A DNA stretch of 64,000 nt, taken from a virus (lineage: Duplodnaviria > Caudoviricetes). Made by a program: the position numbers and the translations under genes. How positions within the stretch are numbered: the stretch's first letter is position 1; every line of letters starts with the position of its first letter. The stretch lies in the IMG/VR virus record IMGVR_UViG_3300029286_000011, one strand, 5' to 3'. Below, piece by piece: positions 45,650 to 53,072 of this stretch. The notes below the pieces were generated by a model. That model was not told the DNA's origin, ran no database searches, and saw only the letters and a program-made list of their open reading frames with translations.

Positions 45650-45772
45650 CTACTGGCTGAGGGACAGCAGGGCCTGCGCCCCGCAGTAAACCGTCCCGGC
45701 CAGAATCAGAAGCTTGACCACCGACATGGCGATCACAGACACCACGCTATCTACGTGAGCTGACTTACGCAT
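45650..45772 (-). CDS. 40-aa single-TM small protein (not in ORF track)
   Basis: MRKSAHVDSVVSVIAMSVVKLLILAGTVYCGAQALLSLSQ*. AAGGAG RBS overlapping the upstream stop. Confidence 0.6.
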   Translation of the reverse strand: MRKSAHVDSVVSVIAMSVVKLLILAGTVYCGAQALLSLSQ

Positions 45773-45774
45773 GT

Positions 45775-46764
45775 TTACTCCTTAAAGAGGGCGGGTAGTA
45801 ACTGAACGGCTAGCTCCCGGCTGAGATGCAGCCGGAAGGGTTCGTTGCTGATGATCCCATGTTGAGGGCCGCGCCCAGGGATCTCAGCGACAGTTTCACG
45901 CAGGTCGATACCGTCGTGTAGGGCGGTGAATATGACCTGCTTGGTAGACAGTCGGGATGCAATTGCACCCTTTGTGCTGATGACGACCAGCACATCTGCA
46001 TTCAGGTCGACAGCCGTGGCCTGTAGAATGTGGCTGTCGAACTTGTCGCTGACGTTGGATACGTCCAGCACGGCCCATCGGCGGTCGTACACCGTCGAGA
46101 TGCGCATGCTGTCCAACACGTCTAACGTGTCCCGCACCACAACGTCGTGGTTCAGCGCCATGACATTCAGACGCTTCTCAGCTTCGCGGCCAACCAACAT
46201 GTCCACAAACAGCTGGTAGGCTTCCTGATGGCCGCGCGCATCTTCGCGCTGCAATACGGCCGTCGACCTAACGAATAGCTGGCCGATATCTGAGAAGAGA
46301 TGCAGCTTGGCCGCATAAGACGGCCCGTCCAGCCGCATCGCATCCTCAACCAAATCGACGTAGGTGAGGCCTACGGCGCGCAGTGCTGCAAACAGTCCAT
46401 CGCCGTCGGCGTGAGCGATGATCACATCTTTGTCGCCGATGCAGCCGATATCGATCAGCTGGGCACAGGCTAGAGCGTTCTTACGGGTGACACACAACGC
46501 GTCTACTAACGGCCGTGCCCGTATTAGCTCGTATACGTCATCGTACAACTCGCTGCCGGTATCTGGTTTGTGATGGTCACGTACCATCACCTTGTGCTTC
46601 ATCGCTAGGTCTGAAATCAGATCATGGCACACCACTGGCGACAGATCGGCTATCAGAACCTTGGAGGCACCCTGGCAGCATCGGATCAGTACCGACGATA
46701 TCTGTTCGATTTCAGACGGCTGGACGAACATCGCCAGCGTCTTACGAAGCATTAACGAAAACAT
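45775..46764 (-). CDS. DHH-family phosphoesterase-like protein with rearranged motif order
   Basis: VLIADL, VRDHHK, then IIAHADGDGL. TAGGAG RBS. Confidence 0.55.
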   Translation of the reverse strand: MFSLMLRKTLAMFVQPSEIEQISSVLIRCCQGASKVLIADLSPVVCHDLISDLAMKHKVMVRDHHKPDTGSELYDDVYELIRARPLVDALCVTRKNALACAQLIDIGCIGDKDVIIAHADGDGLFAALRAVGLTYVDLVEDAMRLDGPSYAAKLHLFSDIGQLFVRSTAVLQREDARGHQEAYQLFVDMLVGREAEKRLNVMALNHDVVVRDTLDVLDSMRISTVYDRRWAVLDVSNVSDKFDSHILQATAVDLNADVLVVISTKGAIASRLSTKQVIFTALHDGIDLRETVAEIPGRGPQHGIISNEPFRLHLSRELAVQLLPALFKE

Positions 46765-46795
46765 GAAAAACTCCTAGGCTAGTGTTGCGATACAT

Positions 46796-46836
46796 AAAAA
46801 AGAAAGACCGACCGGCGTTTGCCAAGTCGGTCTTTC
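46796..46836 (-). terminator. Intrinsic terminator
   Basis: 11-bp stem GAAAGACCGAC/GTCGGTCTTTC followed by TTTTTT on the minus strand. Confidence 0.8.
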
Positions 46837-46857
46837 CGTGGCGACCTCTGAGTCGGC

Positions 46858-47691
46858 CTACAAGTCGGAATACTTATAGTCGGCTAAGAACGCCAACGCC
46901 GCCTCGCGGCGTTGCGTAGTCGGTTCGTACAGGAACCGGTGCGCCGGACTATCCGACGAAGTATTATGGTTCGACCAGAACGTCCTCAGGTCGAATCCAG
47001 ACTCGGCCATAATGGCTATGTAGTCGTCTAGCCACAAGCCTGCACGCCAGCAGGCTAGCGCATGTGACGATACGCCGTCGCCGGTGTAAATGGCCGGCAT
47101 CATGATGCCTCCATCTTGCTGACGAATAGCCAGCAAAGGGAAGGCCGAAAACGACGTCATGGCCGTCAGAAGAATCTGACAGAGCCCGGCTGCTGGCAAT
47201 GTTGTAGACGCCGGCAGCTGCGCTCCAATGGCCCACAGATCGTTCTGAAGACGGGCCATTGGGTTGTCCTCGAACTTGACCTCGTCGGTTTCCGGGTCAA
47301 GTAGCATGGCATGGCCGTCCGTGACCACCGCATGTACCTGATTGCCAATCAGGCACACCTGTCGCTCTTCCGCCGTCATGGCAGCCAGCTTGGCCATCAG
47401 CTGCTCATGATCATCGAGCCTGTCATGCGACGGCACGGACCCCGTAAGGTCCGTCAGCGGAATGTCCAGACAGGACCAGTTGTTCTGATCCATTGTACGG
47501 ACAACGTCCAGTGAACGACTGCGCATGACAGCCCTGGACAAAGCTGTCAGCGCTTTTGGCAGCATGGTCCTTGGCGCTTGCTGCTGGCTTCTTTCCAAGC
47601 CAACGAGCTTCTCCACCAGCACCGGCATATTGACGATGCTGATGTTCCAGGGCCACCCAAACGGGCGTTCCTTCGCAAGCTTCATACTCAT
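46858..47691 (-). CDS. Hypothetical protein
   Basis: 277 aa, AAAGGA RBS, no recognisable family. Confidence 0.65.
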   Translation of the reverse strand: MSMKLAKERPFGWPWNISIVNMPVLVEKLVGLERSQQQAPRTMLPKALTALSRAVMRSRSLDVVRTMDQNNWSCLDIPLTDLTGSVPSHDRLDDHEQLMAKLAAMTAEERQVCLIGNQVHAVVTDGHAMLLDPETDEVKFEDNPMARLQNDLWAIGAQLPASTTLPAAGLCQILLTAMTSFSAFPLLAIRQQDGGIMMPAIYTGDGVSSHALACWRAGLWLDDYIAIMAESGFDLRTFWSNHNTSSDSPAHRFLYEPTTQRREAALAFLADYKYSDL

Positions 47692-47715
47692 TCCTTTACA
47701 CTAGTGAGGGCTAGT

Positions 47716-47760
47716 AAAAATGGCCTCCGGACGGATCACTAGCCTAATCCGCCGGAGGCC
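47716..47760 (-). terminator. Long hairpin plus U-tract (terminator-like) with GGCTAG in the loop
   Basis: Minus strand GGCCTCCGG-CGGAT-TAGGCTAGTG-ATCCG-T-CCGGAGGCC-ATTTTT. Confidence 0.7.
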
Positions 47761-48020
47761 CCACACCACAAAACTCAATAATAGCGCCCTGTTCTGGCTC
47801 CTATGGCCAGCACTCAGGGTCTGTTACCACGGAGTAAAACTGCAAGTTAAGAACGAAGCTAACACACTGGATACCTGTAGGGCAGGCCGGTCAACCGCAA
47901 GCGGTCCACATTTATCGGCGTTCGTTGCCCTAACAGGCTCCAGTGCCAGCGGCAGGAGCCACCGCCGTTGCGACCCCTGTGTAACTTTTTTGCCGAATTA
48001 CACAGAGGTAAGCGCTCCTG
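47761..48020. ncRNA. Candidate structured non-coding RNA (continues into the 47716-47760 hairpin)
   Basis: About 300 nt with no credible ORF and five further hairpins (47787-47819, 47874-47886, 47894-47905, 47936-47960, 47977-48005). Confidence 0.4.
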
Positions 48021-48022
48021 AA

Positions 48023-48319
48023 CTACACTCCGTCGTTCCACCAGGCCTGCTGGCTCGGTAGCCACGTGGCCTCCTCGCGCCACGTCCGTCCACCGTTGAC
48101 GTTATCACCGCCCCTGGCCACAAAGTGCGCCGACTTTGACGGGTCGATCACGCGAACAAGGTCCGGACCCGAAACGAATCCGTTGTCGCGGACTCCTTCG
48201 GTGACGCAGTTGATGCAGCAGAACACTTGACCCCAGCAGGCACCGCTGCCGAAGTAGGAGCGGCCGTAGATGTGCCCTAACTCCCGCGTCAGGACTACCT
48301 CTTGTACGTTCGTTGACAT
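48023..48319 (-). CDS. Hypothetical protein, 98 aa
   Basis: Start ATG 48319 (MSTNVQ) with AAAGGA RBS and ACTAGCC motif. Confidence 0.6.
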   Translation of the reverse strand: MSTNVQEVVLTRELGHIYGRSYFGSGACWGQVFCCINCVTEGVRDNGFVSGPDLVRVIDPSKSAHFVARGGDNVNGGRTWREEATWLPSQQAWWNDGV

Positions 48320-48357
48320 CGCAAAATTCCTTTGGCTAGTGACTATAAACACAAAAC

Positions 48358-48556
48358 AGACCGAAAGGTCTGATAATTGGCGCCTGCCGCAAGTAGGGAG
48401 ACCTACGGCAGGTTCGTTGCACAGGTACCGTAGCAGGCCTGGAGTTATCCAAGCCTCCACAGCGTAAAAGCAACGAAGGACTGCAATGCCGGACTGCAGT
48501 CATAAGATGGCAGCGACCTCAGAACTATGTCCGGTCGCCGCGTATTAAGGCGGTAC
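48358..48556. ncRNA. Candidate structured RNA or leader
   Basis: Hairpins at 48358-48371, 48383-48412, 48435-48456 (enclosed by an 8-bp helix 48413-48420/48470-48477), 48479-48501 and 48513-48538. Confidence 0.45.
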
Positions 48557-48588
48557 TAAGCTAAAGTCGATATGCCAAGGAGATTGGA

Positions 48589-48614
48589 AGATGTAATTAG
48601 CGCTAATTACATCT
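48589..48614. repeat. Intergenic palindrome, copy 4 (26-bp perfect)
   Basis: AGATGTAATTAGCGCTAATTACATCT between the capsid-operon terminator and the accessory region. Confidence 0.97.
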
Positions 48615-48691
48615 CTGATCCGTGGCAGCGACGATAGCTAGTTAGCGCCTCCAATATAGTATGACGCGTTTTGGGCCTTTATTTACCAATG

Positions 48692-48729
48692 AAAAAAGCC
48701 GGCAGGTGCCTCATGCACCCACCGGCTTT
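48692..48729 (-). terminator. Intrinsic terminator of the capsid operon
   Basis: AAAGCCGG..GGTGC/GCACC..CCGGCTTT followed by TTTC on the minus strand, just after the 48748 gene. Confidence 0.8.
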
Positions 48730-48747
48730 GCCAACCTTCCGTGGTTG

Positions 48748-49101
48748 TCAGACGCGGTATTCCATCTCCGAATCGGTCAGGCTCGTAAGCCAGCACGGTG
48801 CGGCGACAGCCAGCGTGTTGTTATTCAGCACGAGCATCTGGGACTGATCCAGAGTAGCATCGTACAGAATAGGAGCAGGAGTCGACACAAGCTCAAGCCA
48901 CCCAGCTTCGAGGGCCTCGAAGAACTTCTGCACGCCACGGGCGCCGAAGATCCGACCAATGGTATCGACGACATGGCCGCTAATCGAGACTTCCTCGTTG
49001 TTGTCCAGCTCAGCCCCGTGGGGCGGCACAATGCTAATCTTGCGCTTCGAGCCGGCAACATTGCGAATGGTGGACACCAAACAGCTGATATCAACAGCCA
49101 T
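48748..49101 (-). CDS. Small virion-associated protein
   Basis: 117 aa, CACGGAGG RBS, last gene of the capsid operon. Confidence 0.65.
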   Translation of the reverse strand: MAVDISCLVSTIRNVAGSKRKISIVPPHGAELDNNEEVSISGHVVDTIGRIFGARGVQKFFEALEAGWLELVSTPAPILYDATLDQSQMLVLNNNTLAVAAPCWLTSLTDSEMEYRV

Positions 49102-49166
49102 GGTTTTCCTCCGTGATCATCCACACTTGCTAACAGCCTCGCGGCCGTTCGAAAAAGCTGGCAATG

Positions 49167-49607
49167 TTACTGGCCAGCCGCCAAAAGTTCTTCCTGCGCA
49201 GTCTTGAGCAACAGTGCCGAATTGTAGATGGTCGGGTTCTGGGCGAGTTCCCAGGCAGCGGCCATCGCAGCATCCGTACGATTGGTCTCGTTAGCGCTCT
49301 TGATAGCGCCCGACACAGGGCTGTCTTGCAGCACATTGTGCAGAGCTTGCTCGGCCACGGCGAACGGGTCAGCCTGGGCCGGCGCTGTCTCAGCAGTCTT
49401 GGTCGCCAGCATCAACGTGGCGGCAGTATTCATCATGCGCTGAACCTGCTCCTCGTTCTCCGGCTGGTACCCTCGACTGGCGAGTTTGGAAAAGAAGACG
49501 CGCTTGTGCACACCTTCCATGACGTTATGGAAAGCCACTTTGATAAGCTCTTCGCTATTCGGAGCTTCCTTCGGAGTGACTTCCGTATTGCTGTTCGCAG
49601 TCGACAT
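49167..49607 (-). CDS. Putative internal head protein (K-x-A motifs)
   Basis: Likely start ATG 49607 with GGAG RBS; KTAE, KSAN, KTAQ. Confidence 0.6.
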   Translation of the reverse strand: MSTANSNTEVTPKEAPNSEELIKVAFHNVMEGVHKRVFFSKLASRGYQPENEEQVQRMMNTAATLMLATKTAETAPAQADPFAVAEQALHNVLQDSPVSGAIKSANETNRTDAAMAAAWELAQNPTIYNSALLLKTAQEELLAAGQ

Positions 49608-49688
49608 GAGTTTCTCCGCAGTCGATAGCACAACGAGATCCGCCAAGGCTGATTTACATCAGCCAAGGCGGACTCGCGAGGGGTGTCA

Positions 49689-50630
49689 TCAGATGAACTC
49701 GGCTCGGGCCACGGCGTTGGTATTGCCGATGGTGCAGCCGTTCTCTTCGTACGCAAAGAACTCAATCATGAAGGCTTTGCGCTCGATGAACATCGTGACC
49801 GGTTCCAACTCAAAATGCTTGCCAAGGAACTTCGGGTCGGCAAACAGGTAGATGTTGTTCGTCTCGACGATGTCCTTCTTGATCGTGACGATCCAGTCGA
49901 TGCCCATGAAACGCTGCAGCGACCAACCATCACGCATCACATCCATCGACAAGTCGCCGCCCATTTCGTCTCGGCGGAACTTACCAACTTCCTTGATGGT
50001 CAGCATATTGCAGACCGCCAACTTGGTCTCAAGGCAGCTGGGCGTCGAAGGCAGAATCTTCAGCATGTCCCAGAGGCTGTCGCGGTTGATCCCGCCGCCG
50101 ATCTGTTCGTACTGAGCCACACCGGACGTGGGCAAAATGACACCAGGGCCAACAATAGCGTTGTTGACGGCCCGGAACCATTTGGCGTCCTCTTCCGCCA
50201 ACATGTCCTTGATAGCATTATCAGAGAACACCTGGCGAATATCCATGACCCAAGTACGCAACTCGGACACGTCCTTGGTGAAGCGGGTCGTCATGATCCG
50301 CTCGAAACCAACGGGGTAGCGAGGTCCCTTGATGTACATGTTGCTGGGCAACATGGCGAAAGGAACGCTGACAGCCGCCGGAGAATCCGGTTCCTTGTCG
50401 ATGATCTTGATCGGCTTGTCGTCTTCGATCATGCGGTCAAGGTCGTCGGTGATAGTCACCGGCGGGAGAATCTTTCGGAGGACGCCATCTTCACGCATCT
50501 TGTAACGCGTGTAGTCGTTGGCGGCATCCACAGCTTCTTTGCGCTGTTGCCAATCGGTAGAACCGAGCTTTTCGCAAAGCACCCGGTTGACCACCTTCGG
50601 GTCCAGGCCTTCTTCCAAAAGGGCGCTCAT
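49689..50630 (-). CDS. Major capsid protein (HK97-fold inferred)
   Basis: 313 aa from ATG 50630 with CACGGAGG RBS. Strongly biased codons. Order is protease-scaffold-decoration-MCP. 'DMLAEEDAKWFRAVN', 'FLGKHFELEPVTMFIERKAFMIEFFAYEE'. Confidence 0.8.
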   Translation of the reverse strand: MSALLEEGLDPKVVNRVLCEKLGSTDWQQRKEAVDAANDYTRYKMREDGVLRKILPPVTITDDLDRMIEDDKPIKIIDKEPDSPAAVSVPFAMLPSNMYIKGPRYPVGFERIMTTRFTKDVSELRTWVMDIRQVFSDNAIKDMLAEEDAKWFRAVNNAIVGPGVILPTSGVAQYEQIGGGINRDSLWDMLKILPSTPSCLETKLAVCNMLTIKEVGKFRRDEMGGDLSMDVMRDGWSLQRFMGIDWIVTIKKDIVETNNIYLFADPKFLGKHFELEPVTMFIERKAFMIEFFAYEENGCTIGNTNAVARAEFI

Positions 50631-50675
50631 ATGCACCTCCGTGTTAGCTAAGTTTCAGTGGTGTCCGTACCAATA

Positions 50676-51266
50676 TCAGCTTTCGAGACCGCTGACGCTA
50701 GTCGTCAGCTTCGGCAGCCAGACAGGCCAGAAGGCCAGGACATTGCGACGGAAAGTGTTCGCACGAACGGCGCGGCTGACCACACCGCAAATCGGCTTCT
50801 CGTAAGCAGCGGCCCTGGTAATACGGCCACCAGTAGCGGCATCCGTGTTGCTAGCAACGGCCGTGAGGCAGTCACCAGGAGCATAGGTGTCGCCAAGAGA
50901 CGACTCGGGTTCGAACTCCGTGGTCTCCAGCTCCATGGCCGCAGCGGCGGCAAAGCCACCGATGTTGCCAGAGGGCGTGGCCGCCACGTAGACGTCGGCC
51001 TCGGTGGCCGGATCGCCGCCACCGACGGTGACGTCGTTGTCGGTCGAGGTCTGGAAGAGGAAGATCGCCATGTGACCAGCCTGCACAACGTCAGGCAGCC
51101 CCATCTCGTAGTCCCCGTCCGCATTCAAGTGAGCCACGCGACCGCCCCACACTTGGTCGATGGTCACAACAGACGCAAGCTTCGCCACGAAGTCCACCGC
51201 TTGCTGGCTCGGCCAGCCCTTCAGCGGGTTCAGACCGTGGACAGTCATTTGGGTAGGAGTCTTCAT
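50676..51266 (-). CDS. Head decoration/cement protein
   Basis: 196 aa, beta-rich, immediately upstream of the MCP, CACGGAGG RBS. Confidence 0.65.
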   Translation of the reverse strand: MKTPTQMTVHGLNPLKGWPSQQAVDFVAKLASVVTIDQVWGGRVAHLNADGDYEMGLPDVVQAGHMAIFLFQTSTDNDVTVGGGDPATEADVYVAATPSGNIGGFAAAAAMELETTEFEPESSLGDTYAPGDCLTAVASNTDAATGGRITRAAAYEKPICGVVSRAVRANTFRRNVLAFWPVWLPKLTTSVSGLES

Positions 51267-51309
51267 ACTGCTGTTCCTCCGTGAAAAGAAATCGTCGGTG
51301 GACGAAAGG

Positions 51310-51756
51310 TCAGCTCGTCAGACCAAGCTTAGACAGGAAAGCTTGATCAGCCGCGCTGGGAGCTCCACGCTCACCGATGTAGTTAGGGTTGGTTCGACCA
51401 ACAGCTGAGGCGCTCTTTTCGGGAACGCCACGGCCCTGCTGAAGCATGGCCACTTTTTGCTGCAGCTCAGTAATCTGAGCGGCGTGTGCCGTACGTTCGG
51501 CTGCCAACTTTTGGCAAATACGGCGAATGACACGTAGCGTCCCAGGATGCTGGTTCAGGGTCTCTTCGGCCAGCTTCGATTCCTTCTCAGGGTCGAACAA
51601 CTGCACGGAGACCATCGCCTTGAGCGCCTCAGGGATGGCCGAGGTAACTTCCGCAGCTTGCTTCTCTTGTTGAGCAACAAGGTCCGAAGCCGCAGCAGCA
51701 ATCTTTCCCGTAGTCTCGACATAGCCGAGCACTTGGGTAGTCAATGCTTTATCCAT
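51310..51756 (-). CDS. Putative internal head/scaffold-associated protein
   Basis: 148 aa, helical; EKQAA, EKSAS. Confidence 0.6.
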   Translation of the reverse strand: MDKALTTQVLGYVETTGKIAAAASDLVAQQEKQAAEVTSAIPEALKAMVSVQLFDPEKESKLAEETLNQHPGTLRVIRRICQKLAAERTAHAAQITELQQKVAMLQQGRGVPEKSASAVGRTNPNYIGERGAPSAADQAFLSKLGLTS

Positions 51757-51779
51757 GGAATCCTCCGCAATATCGATGC

Positions 51780-53027
51780 TTACTTACCGCACAGGTCAGT
51801 AATAGACTTGAGAATGGCCTGAAACTGTTGAGCCTGTGCCGCATTCTTCGGTTGCCACTTGGGCTTAGCCGAAGCCTGCTTGTTGGCCATTTGAACGAGT
51901 TTGGCAGCTGCCTTGGCCTGAACCGCAGCAGGATCAACGTTGGCCTGCGACAAGGCTTCCTGCAGCATTGCAAGCAGATCGGCTTGCTGACCTTCACCGC
52001 CGGCCATGCCGGCAAGAGCAGCGTCGCCACCTACGTCGCCCATCGGGGGCATTCCCTCAGGGCCTGCGCCCATCGGAGGCTCTCCCATCGGAGGAGCGCC
52101 ACCACCGCCGGCCCCGCCAGCGCCCTGCAGAAGCTGCAGCAGGAGCTCAGGAGGGATCTCGTCGCCGCCACCGGCCATTCCCGCAGGAGCAGCGCCTGGC
52201 ATGTCGCCCATCGGGGCTTCCGCCGCAGGATCTTCCGTCATCGAAGGCTCAGACGACTCGGTCTCTTCCTTCGGAGGCTTCGGATCCTCTTCTTCGGAGT
52301 CTTCACACTCCTCGGCCTGCTTCTGCGCTTGTGCGAAAAAAGCATCGTAGTAGTCTGCCAGCTTGGTAGCAGCTTCGTCGGCTATCAAGATGGTGTCGCG
52401 CAGAGACGTGACAACACCAGCCACTTCGGCTTGCTTGTCATTGGCCGCAGCACCAACAACGGCTTGAGCCAAGGCGGCACCGGCCTGAGAAGCAGCCTTG
52501 GAAGGCTGAGCCGGCTTCTGAGCTTCCTTGTTCGAGGAGTCAAACGCCACAGCCAGCTTCGCAAGGATGCTTGTCCCCTGCGCATTGGCCTGATTGATAA
52601 GCGTTCGAAGCTCAGCAAACTTCTTCCCGTCTAACGAACTGTTGTCGGTACGGGCGGGGTGGCTGGATCCGGGATCGTCCTTCTCGGATTTGGCCGAGGA
52701 GGTTTCGTTGCTCGGATCTTCGCCAGTGGCCGCAACGGTAGCTCCGATATTCATCTGGAACTGATCCTGCGTACCAGGCGTGTTTTCCTTGGCGTTGTTG
52801 ACGCCAATGGGTTGATCATCCTTGTTGTCCTTTTCGTTCTCCGAAGAACGAGCACCTTCTTGCGCAGGTGCAGTTCCATCATCGACGTTCTTGGACGGAT
52901 GGGTCGTAGCGCCGCCAATGTTAGCGGGCTCACTGTTTGCCGAAGCCGACTTCTCCGGATTAACTTGCTGCAGCAAAGCAGCAATGCTGTTCCGAAGACT
53001 GGCTTGCTTATTGAACAAAGTAGTCAT
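51780..53027 (-). CDS. Putative scaffolding/inner-body protein
   Basis: 415 aa. Acidic and Gly/Pro/Met low-complexity blocks, at least eight K-x-A motifs, between protease and capsid genes. Confidence 0.6.
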   Translation of the reverse strand: MTTLFNKQASLRNSIAALLQQVNPEKSASANSEPANIGGATTHPSKNVDDGTAPAQEGARSSENEKDNKDDQPIGVNNAKENTPGTQDQFQMNIGATVAATGEDPSNETSSAKSEKDDPGSSHPARTDNSSLDGKKFAELRTLINQANAQGTSILAKLAVAFDSSNKEAQKPAQPSKAASQAGAALAQAVVGAAANDKQAEVAGVVTSLRDTILIADEAATKLADYYDAFFAQAQKQAEECEDSEEEDPKPPKEETESSEPSMTEDPAAEAPMGDMPGAAPAGMAGGGDEIPPELLLQLLQGAGGAGGGGAPPMGEPPMGAGPEGMPPMGDVGGDAALAGMAGGEGQQADLLAMLQEALSQANVDPAAVQAKAAAKLVQMANKQASAKPKWQPKNAAQAQQFQAILKSITDLCGK

Positions 53028-53072
53028 CCTTGAAATCTCCGTAGGATGATGAATGTGCTGTCTCGCAAAGTG

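Larger units (their letters stand above)
44000..48340 (-). promoter_or_regulatory. Seven copies of an ACTAGCC leader motif just 5' of accessory-gene RBSs
   Basis: Plus-strand GGCTAGT at 44000, 44586, 45199, 45629, 46777, 47709 and 48334. Each is 12-20 nt upstream of a start codon. Confidence 0.8.

Noticed and set aside
46858-47691. ParB-like nuclease domain (PLLAIRQQDGG...TGDG..H)
   Set aside because: The resemblance is weak and lacks the DG-x-[HR]-R signature; left as hypothetical.
44000-48340. Integron-type cassette array (GTTRRRY attC sites)
   Set aside because: Only one GGCTAGT flank fits GTTRRRY, it is on the non-coding strand, and there are no attC-length inverted repeats or integrase.
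47716-48614. tRNA, tmRNA, hammerhead/twister ribozyme or group I intron
   Set aside because: No cloverleaf or CCA end, no CUGANGA/GAAA core in the right geometry, and no convincing P7 elements by eye. Kept only as unclassified structured regions.
33974-52634. Long plus-strand ORFs (e.g. 34757..35809, 49683..50651, 50658..51284, 51744..52634)
   Set aside because: They are antisense shadows of strongly codon-biased minus-strand structural genes, with no RBS or recognisable domains.
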